Source of the DNA: Flectonema sp. DT1601
Lineage: Eukaryota
DNA: 64,000 bases
Direction: 5' to 3'
Assembly: GCA_964019425.1 (NCBI GenBank)
Contig: OZ025784.1
Location: 1,240,001 to 1,304,000, forward strand
Below, one piece after another: positions 55,884-64,000 of this stretch (position 1 is its first letter; every line of letters begins with the position of its first letter). A program made the translations under genes and the position numbers. Under the pieces are notes generated by a model. That model was not told the origin of the DNA. It saw only the letters and a program-made list of their open reading frames with translations, and did not search any database.

Positions 55884-58800
55884 CTACGAAGTAAATAATT
55901 CAGCCACGACTTTAATTACATTATCGTCTTCAAGCATTGTATGAGAATCTTTGTAAAGTGGTTTTAGAAAAGAGAATTTCATTGGATTTAGAACGAGTCG
56001 ATGAATAGTGTGATTATTTTCAACATTTAGAATTTCTTTAATGATGTTAACACACATTTCACTTCCAGGGTCTGTTATGGACTGCTTGAATATTCTCGGA
56101 GTTACTTTAAAAAAAGTTGACCTCGACATCGGATTTGATAAATGAGCGAACCTGTCTTCAGGGTATTGCCATCCAGCTCTGTAGGCAAAACCCGTCATCA
56201 ACGTCAACAACAAAAATAAAAATGAAAAAATCCAACTTAAAACCATACAATAATAGTTAAATCTATAAACATAAAACAACATCATTAAAATACAAGTTAG
56301 CATCGGAGGACCGAACATGGTTTCTAAAATTAGTCGTTTAATCTTTTGATATCCATACAATAATAAGAATCCTTTTCCATGTACAACGGACAGCTTAGGA
56401 ACAGTTACGTGTGGTTCATCTTTCGATGTAGTTCTGTTACAATAAGAAACGTATTCCCCCAGAGGTGTTAGTCTCGCATCAATCATCTCCAGGGATGATC
56501 CTTCAGGAACAGTTTCATCATGAGCCATTGCGACATAATAAATCCTCTCAAACATATAAAGTGATTCCTGAACATTGCCATCGTGTAATGCCATTTCCAT
56601 CAGGTAGAATTCAGCATCCTCCTGTTTGGTATTTTTGTTTGTTTTAAATAACAAGAAACCATTCTTTCAATGGATAACTTTGAGGCAGGCAAAAGTCATC
56701 TTCTGATTACAAAAACCATTCAAAACTGAGAAGGTATGTGACTAGCTAATACAACTAAAAGAAGCAATTGAAGATTGGCAGAACACCACCTCATGTGAAC
56801 AAGGCATTCATCACTGAAGTATAATTGATCAATACACCTTGTTATGTTCTTAAGATTGAGTACACTGGTTTTGAGTTTGCATCCGCAAGAAGACTTTTGG
56901 AGAAAAAAAAGGGGAACAACCCATGTGCCTATAATTGGCTAATGACAAAAAAAAGCAAACTACTGGAATCGCCTGTTCACAAGCAAGTGATGTTTATTTA
57001 TTTTGATTCACTGACAGTGTGTATATAGAACAACACTTCTATTCTAATTAATTGAAAAAAAAAAAAAAACGATCTTTTTTTGATTAGTCATCAATATTTT
57101 GTGATTGTTATTTACCACCTCAGTGGTCAAAAGTGATTCTTTTTAAATCTTATATGCAAACTTGTTAGACTTTGGTAAGCTACAGCTACTCGACATCTCA
57201 GTATTTTTTTTTCAGAATAAAATTAAAGGTTTTGTTAGAAGAGAAGTTTAGTAATTAAAAAAGCAACTTATTTTAATCTAAACTATCTAAGAATGGAAAG
57301 AGACATTATCTAATCCACCAGAGGCAGCAATCGGAAACTTGACTAACAGTTCGGATGATTTAAGTACTGCCGACCTTTTTGCTTCGGTCACAAATATTTA
57401 ATAAGTTTTTAATCAACAAGAATCCGAACTACGCACAACCGAGAGTAGCCGACAATGAACATTAGGAGTACCATCAACTCACATTCACCATCTCCAACTA
57501 AACGTTACTATAAACACACACAGAGGATACTTTCAATCTCATAACGGGGTCTAGTCTCACATTCATCAAACTAAACATCTCGAACAGAATAAACAAACTG
57601 TCAGTTACCTTCAGGTACAGAGTCAAGGGTAGTCAACATTATGATGTATTTGAATATTTCAAAAACAAAACAAAAAAAAAACTTGAAAAACACAAACCTG
57701 CAACAACTCTTTCCCTATGAGACCCAGCCTATAAACCAACAACATCTGTCGAAAATATTTTACAACATTTCCAATTTCCGGTGGTTTACGTAATCCCAAA
57801 TGTGGAGTACCAAGTGTAACAAAAGTTTTAAATTGAATCTTCACTGACCCCGTCGTATGAACTATCGAAGTAGGAGATCTAAAGTAATGAAGCGACGCTT
57901 TGACGGCGAGACCACCAATACCGATTCCTGTTAATATTAATTTGTTTGAACAGCAATACGATTAACTGTTAGTCACAACCACCAAGAGGAGGATGTATGT
58001 TCGATTTTTGTAAATTACAACCGTGTTGTATCATAAAAACATAAAGATAATTTAACATTAGTTTTAGATACAGTGACTAAGGGTGATGCGCAACTTAGCA
58101 CATTGACTGTTAGGCATAACCACCAAGAGAGGGGAACACAACATACCTAAAAATGAGACGTTGACAACGGTTCCTTTGTATTCTTTAGTTGCAGACAATC
58201 GAGAAATGAAATCTGCTGTTTTGGTGTAAAGTTTGCGACCCAACAATAAGATGCTGTCATTTCCAATATTACTGGGCACAGTGAATATGGGAAGTATAAT
58301 AGCATTGCCAGACGCAGACACGATCTGTGAGATTGCCAACGACACGGAGTCAGTAGAACTATTTATGTTTTCATTCGTGTACGGATTGTGGATTTTATCT
58401 GTGTATTTCAGCTCCATACGATCACGATCCATTTTAGCTGGGTGAAAGTGTCTCTTTATCTTATCAGGCATGTTGTTAAGATATGGATGTGATGGACCGC
58501 TTTTCTTCTTAAGCGAATTCGTTCTAAAACGAGCGACGACTATCAAATGAATACATCCTTCAGTCGTTCTTTCTCTCTCATCACATTCTACTAAAACAGC
58601 GTTGGTGTCTCGTAGTAGTTCCTCAAGCGATTCGGTTGCAAACATTCTTTTTTTTTGTGTACTTTAGAAGAAAACAATTACTCAGAATCTGATTAGTAGG
58701 AAAGTAAAATTCATTTCTGAGTGTAATGTTTTTTTTAGCTGGAAAAAAAAAAAAAATGTGAATAAGACTTGCTACCACAACAGAAGTCAATAATAGGCAA

Positions 58801-59275
58801 TGTGTAACTATATTGGACGCAGTCCATGTATTCTTCATTTGTGAATTTTAGTTTTTTTTTTTTTTTTTTTTTTTTTTTTCATTTCATTTTCTTTTTTTTT
58901 TTTTTTTTGCTGTTATTTAGTTTTGTATAAAAACATAGCTCTGTTGAGTGGAAGGAGAATAGTAATCCACAACAAAAGAAGTTTTGTAGTTACTTTCCAA
59001 CCATTGATGGTAGTCCTCTGAGAGGCTCCATGTTTACAGGTTCTCCAGCCCACCAACTAGGTTCATGAATCTCAGGGAAACCGATCGGTCCAGCAACATC
59101 AGAGAAACCGTGTGACGCAATCCTAGTTTTATATTGTGATTTTATGAAGTAGGATATACACTCTCATAAAAAAATAAAAGATGGTATTCTATACCTGCTA
59201 GCAGCTGTTTTTGTGCTTACCGTGTGACTGCCTGCTCCACCAACATGAGGAGCATGAGGCGTTAAGAATGCCATG
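55884..59275 (-). CDS. Multi-exon alpha/beta-hydrolase-like (DUF676/FAM135-like) protein; gene model partly inferred
   Basis: Intron 58146-57928 joins VNVSFL|GIGIGGLAVK...FKTFVTLGTPHLG in frame. Probable upstream exons at ~59275-59196 and ~59123-58995. The 55884-56654 ORF is probably the 3' exon. Internal exons between 56700 and 57690 are unresolved. Confidence 0.5.
57998..58100. repeat. ~105-bp dispersed repeat inside an intron, flanked by ~30-bp imperfect direct repeats
   Basis: Flanks ATTAACTGTTAGTCACAACCACCAAGAG (57961-) and ATTGACTGTTAGGCATAACCACCAAGAG (58102-). Confidence 0.85.
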
Positions 59276-59694
59276 TTATATTCAGGTGTAAAACTGCGAA
59301 TATACTAATATTTGTTATTATGGGTTCTCATCACATTTATATTAAAAAAAAATAGTTTATTTCTATTTCCCAAAACCTAGGCATTAAATACTGTTAAGGA
59401 AAAAGCAAATAAAAATATAATACACATATTCTACAACCAGCAGAGAGAATCACTAAAACACAACTAAAAGATAACGAAAGGAAGCACACGAACTAAATCC
59501 ACCACAGTAATATAACAATGTGAATAAGGATTTTTTTTTTTTTAAATTATTAGTTATAGCAATCGCATCTAATTGTTTCAAGCGGATTCTCCGCGAGCTC
59601 AAAGGTGGCAAAGTTTTAAATCTATTCCACCCATTCACAATGAGTTCCCACGAGTCGTACGAGTCAGTCACCTGCACTTATATTTCAACGCGAT

Positions 59695-62600
59695 TTACTT
59701 CTTTCCGAGAAGTTTGCTTTTCACACCTCCGATCTATTTTTTTATTTATTTTTTTTTTTTTTTGTTCTTTGTTGTGGAGTTTAAAAAAGAGTTGACTGCT
59801 ACTACTGCAATTAATGACCGCAATCAATGGTTAGTTATGTTTGCGGATATTTTTCAAAAAAAAAAATTACATACCATCGTCTCCGGTGGATTATAGTGTC
59901 TGTATGCTTTGGTTCCACCAATGCCACTGAAAATTGTTACGAAGTACGATGCGAAAGTTATTCCTATTTTAACCCCGTCAGACAAACCTCCATCTGACGG
60001 AGATGGAGTTACCGGAGCCAAAGTTGGTGGGGCAGGTGTTGGAGCGATGTCACACATAGTTCCATTACTGCAAGTATCGGTATCGTTATCCCAATTACAT
60101 TGTACTCCCTGTTTTTTTTGGTATTTTATTATTACGAAGATTTTGGAATAATTTTTTTTTTTTTTAAAGAAAAATAATTAACCCATTACGGACGGGGGTA
60201 AAACCCGGTTTTTTGACTTTTTTTGAAAAAAGAGCTAACGGGGAAAAGGGGTAGGGGGGCTCGGAAAGGTGATGTGACAAAGTGAACCGCCATTGCCTGC
60301 CCGTTAAAAATACACACACATTCACCACCTAAAGGGTGAACAGAACAAATGAAAACACCACCAAAGACAAAAATAAGCTCAGTTCTTATGACTCCCTGCG
60401 CCTCTTCAATTTTGATGTTGTTGTGAGTGCAGGGGTCTTCCCCTTCGTACATTCTTCCCGGATAGCACCTCCCGACACAGAGGTGGTGGTATGGGACGCA
60501 AATGTTCTCCCCTTTGTAAGATTTAAGTGGTATTTGCCAAAACAGGGTGCAGGACACATAAAAACCTTACACCCCTGGCATCCATAAGTAGTCCTCACTC
60601 GAGTATTGTGATACTTACATTGTTTAGCAGCGCCAAATATTGATGGATAGTGCTCAGTGGTGCTGAACATGTGTGAAAAGTGCGAACCCGAGTCAATAGT
60701 AGATGTAGTATTGGTTGTCTTGTCTCTCGACGTCCCGTCACTGACGAGTTGCATAGCGAGCTCCTCTACATACCGTATGTAGGTACCAGTATCCTTACCG
60801 CATTTCTTTTGAAGGGTAAACGTGTTGAACATTGAAACTTTCAGCAAGTAGTCGAAAACCTTTAGATGCCATCGTTTAGTTTGAAGGTTTCTGTTCGCCC
60901 TTCCCTTCACGCTATCCATCAGGTTAACACCTCCCATCGTTTTGGTGTACCTGTCTACTTGCACGGTAGTTTGATCGGCACTTTTTCTTTTTTATTTCTC
61001 TTCCTAATCCAGCGATATACATCGACACAGTGCTCACGTAAGGGAAGAGTACTGAAAAGATGCACATCCTTTGAGTCTCTCCACTTTATATGGTGGATGC
61101 CGTGCTTGACTGAAGGTAAGAAGCAGAAAGATTCTTCGGTCTTTCTTTCACTTCCGATTTGCTTAGTCGTCCCGGTCCAGGGGTAGCCTTCGGTTTTGTA
61201 ACATCAACAGAACTCCCTTTCCGTTCCATCAGGCTGTTCCAACACAGTGGAACCCTTTCGCTAACATCAAAACAAGAAATGCGTATGACGAATTGAAATT
61301 GTCAAACGTCACCCAATGCCCTTTATTATTATGGGGTTTAACAAGACTATGGACATAAGAAGCAGGAATGTGTTTGTTAGCAGTGTGGAAATTACGGAGA
61401 AAGCATTTCAGTTCACCAACTTCTAGTGACTTCATGGACGTCTCTTTGTCAATCGGGTAGGCAAGAGTGTGTCGAAATATCATTTTAAGCACATGATCAG
61501 TGAAAATGAGTTGGATGCCTTCAATTCGCTCATTTCATTAGAGTCGCTCACAGGGTAACGAAACTCGGATAGCGCGCCTCCTCGTGGTGTTACCTGGATG
61601 CACCTTGTGTGTAACTAGAGTGCTGACGTATTGTTGTTGCTGTGTATTCTTTTACCCCCGTTTTATTTTCCGGTAGCCTAACCTTTAAAAAAAAAAAAAA
61701 AAGGACAACATAGCAGAAGGTCAGGTGATCCGGCCCGGGAGACTCAGGCACCCAGAGCTCACAGGGGCCACCGGGTTTTTATTTTTTCCTTAGTGGCATG
61801 ATTTCCCTTTACCCCCATTTCCTTCAAACTTCCCCCGTTTAGTCTTTTCACGCATGGGGGGATTATAAGTTCAGGTCGCCTGAAATGTATTAACAGTATC
61901 AGCCCCGCGAGTTACTCGGGGAGCTCCCATGCAATGTGTGGAGAAAGAGGCCATCCCTCCCCCTACCTCTCTGCTTTACTACGTCGTTTTTTGTGTGTGG
62001 CATTTCTTTTCTTATATTCTTTTCTTTTCAATCTTGTTCCTTCACACGCGGTTGTTCGAGCGGTTGTGAACCACCTTGGGTCTCTTACGGTCTCCAAGCT
62101 ACTGTTGTGCGAAGAAACAAATCTGTTGGTGCGGTGGCCTTCCGACGCCACCTGGACCGCAACTCGTTCACAGTGCCCTACCCGGTTCTCCACCGGACCG
62201 CCTGAGCGACGGGATCCATGGGATTCAAACCCCTAAACACTGGTTAATTTTTTTTTTTTAGAGTCGCTCACACTCTGGGTAGGTCCTTTCCGTTTTTCCC
62301 TGGAGATTCTCTTGGTTTTGCCCCCCCACTTTGATACCTTTGCTGTGTTGCTGTCAGATGACGACTCCGATACAGAATCCATCATCATCAGACTTTCATA
62401 GGACGCCGAACTTGTATCAATTTCAACAGGCACACGAAACTTCTTGTTAGGTGGTAAAATTTCGATTATTAGTTTTGAATTTCATGAATGAAAACACAGC
62501 GAACCACGCCATCCCACCCAAGATTCGTCGCGAAACGGCCTCGATTACACCCCCCCTGGGTAGCGTTAGCCGGGTTTTCCCCTTAGCGAAAATAAAATTT

Positions 62601-62793
62601 CAAAATAACCACTGTAGTGGACCCCCCGTCCTTAATGGGTTAAAAAAAAAAATACACAAACCTGACTATCGTTATTAGATATATAACTTTCAACGCAGGT
62701 CGTCTTATTCATAAATACAGAACAGTCATCCACGGTGGCATTACCACAATTCTGTGCAGTCACCAACAATGTCATAAGGACAACCGACAACAT
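59695..62793 (-). CDS. Small secreted Cys-rich single-pass membrane protein; first intron carries the piggyBac
   Basis: Exon 62793-62662 (MLSVVLMTLLVTAQNCG...NNDSQ) splices in phase 0 (GTTTGT...AAACAG) to 60108-59875 (GVQCNWDNDTDTCSNGTMCDIAPTPAPP...TM...). Probable last exon IGGVKSKLLGKK*. Confidence 0.7.
61553..61625 (+). ncRNA. HDV-like (nested double pseudoknot) self-cleaving ribozyme
   Basis: P1 GGGTAAC/GTTACCT (G1.U wobble), P2 TAGCGC/GTGCTG, P3 GCC/GGT, L3 TCCTCGT, P1.1 CC/GG, P4 ATGCAC/GTGTGT, J4/2 AACTAGA with candidate catalytic C61615. Confidence 0.8.
61553..62259 (+). mobile_element. Non-coding SINE-like retroposon with 5' HDV-like ribozyme and T-rich 3' end
   Basis: TSD (TT)AGAGTCGCTCACA at 61538-61552 and 62258-62272. 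The piggyBac reading frame (QSVSDS|NEMSEL) resumes across the duplication. Confidence 0.82.
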
Positions 62794-64000
62794 GTTTTAA
62801 CTCCCTTATGTATTTCTAACAAACGAGAAAAAGCTTTAAAAAAAACTTATAATTTATAAACATCACTGCAGGATCAATTTCCCAAAACATTTACACATCT
62901 GTAGAAAGGAGTGTTGTTTATGAGAATGAAGATTCAGTTGCTGTTTTAAAGAGCAGAGAGTCAAGTCAAAAGAAATATAAAAAATCAAAATGACCCGAAA
63001 TAAACACTCGAGTAAACAAATATGGTGCCGGTTTCGGCTGAGGCGTTTTGCGTAATTGGAAATACAAAAACGCTAATAAGCTAAAGAAAAAAAAACGAAA
63101 AAAAAATAAAATATTGTAATTCAATCTTATAATAAACTAAGGAGAGCATGTCATTTGAGGGGGTCTGAAGATGTAACTTCCACCGCTCACGGTATGCAAA
63201 AACGAAGATTCACCAGCATGCTTAAGACTGTAGAGAGTACTACATCATCCTGTTCTTTGACTCTCACTTCCTCAAAGTGAGTGAGCAATAGCAATGCTGT
63301 ATAACAGAACGGATACAAAACAAACACGGAAAACACTGTGTCACGTGAGCGCTTAGTGGTATCAGTGGGTCTACCCACCACACTAATAGAGACACTAGGC
63401 AAGCAGAGGACTGGTTCGATTTACTTTGCAACAAACTGTGAACGGTTGAAATGATATCTTCAGACTCCCTCCAATGGTAAGTTCTTATAAACTAATAATG
63501 GTTTTTGTTTGTGTCACAAACAATGTAATTTAGATGAGCTAGAAAGGATTACATGTGGTGTTGATGTTATTTTACCTCACACAAGGTAAAGGTTGTTATA
63601 TTTTATATTTAAAAAAAGAAAATGGGGAAAAAAAAATTCAAGTTGAAATAGTTCTCAAATTCAATCAAATTTAATTGTGAAAATTGTAGTTTTATAACTT
63701 CCGCTAAAAGTGATCGAACATGTTGAAAACAATAAAAGAAAAAAAAAAGGGGGAATGATCTGGGAATGGGGGACAAAATTAATATCAAAGTACTTGACTG
63801 AAATAAATATTTGTAGTTGTTAATCAAAAGAAAGATTACGTTTAGAAAAAAGAAAACACAAAAAGGGACGATTATATTTTTTTGTCCGGAGTGGGGGGTG
63901 AAGTGAAAAAAATAAAACATCTTTCTTTATAATACGACCATGTGTGCCAAATGCCCACATACCACGAAAGAAAATAGAAACCCCGGAACAGTACCGAGGA

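Larger units (their letters stand above)
60182..62639 (-). mobile_element. Decayed piggyBac-like DNA transposon
   Basis: TTAA at 60178-60181 and 62640-62643. 17-bp TIR CCCATTA(C/A)GGACGGGGG. Transposase remnants: VTFDNF, GFHCVGT, YTKTMGGVNLMD...KRWHLKVFDYLL and Cys-rich RTTYGCQGCKVFMCPAPCFGKYH. Confidence 0.92.

Noticed and set aside
62219..62233. tRNA B-box-like GGTTTGAATCCC on the minus strand
   Set aside because: No cloverleaf or A-box at a suitable distance; the element is better explained in plus orientation by the ribozyme.
62552..62580. CCCTGG... resembling the ingi/L1Tc 77-bp signature
   Set aside because: No complementary P1 strand or L3 motif follows; it is part of the piggyBac 5' region.

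Overview
Eukaryotic, AT-rich genomic window. It is most likely from a euglenozoan and looks diplonemid-like; this is an inference from three traits: every host gene is on the minus strand, short canonical GT-AG introns are present, and there are single-hairpin AGA-box guide RNAs. Host genes include a DENN protein, a mucin-like membrane protein, a SET/MYND protein, two mitochondrial carriers, a kinesin, a YceF-type Maf, SANBR/KIAA1841, two near-identical SDRs, ALG11, VIT1/CCC1, GDP-fucose synthase, two near-identical RING-CH membrane proteins, a bacterial-type UxaA/GarD dehydratase and several intron-containing genes that the ORF track splits. Non-coding highlights: (1) three reiterated snoRNA arrays at 28.9-37.4 kb, built from two box C/D RNAs with LSU rRNA-complementary guides and one single-hairpin AGA H/ACA RNA, which flank and probably drove duplication of the SDR gene; (2) two decayed TTAA-flanked piggyBac elements; (3) inside the second piggyBac, itself inside an intron, a ~705 bp non-coding insertion with a 13-15 bp TSD that starts exactly at G1 of a complete HDV-like ribozyme fold and ends in a T-run rather than poly(A). 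A ~105 bp dispersed repeat and a kinesin/RING pseudogene patch are also present. All calls come from reading the sequence and from recalled motifs; no database searches were run.
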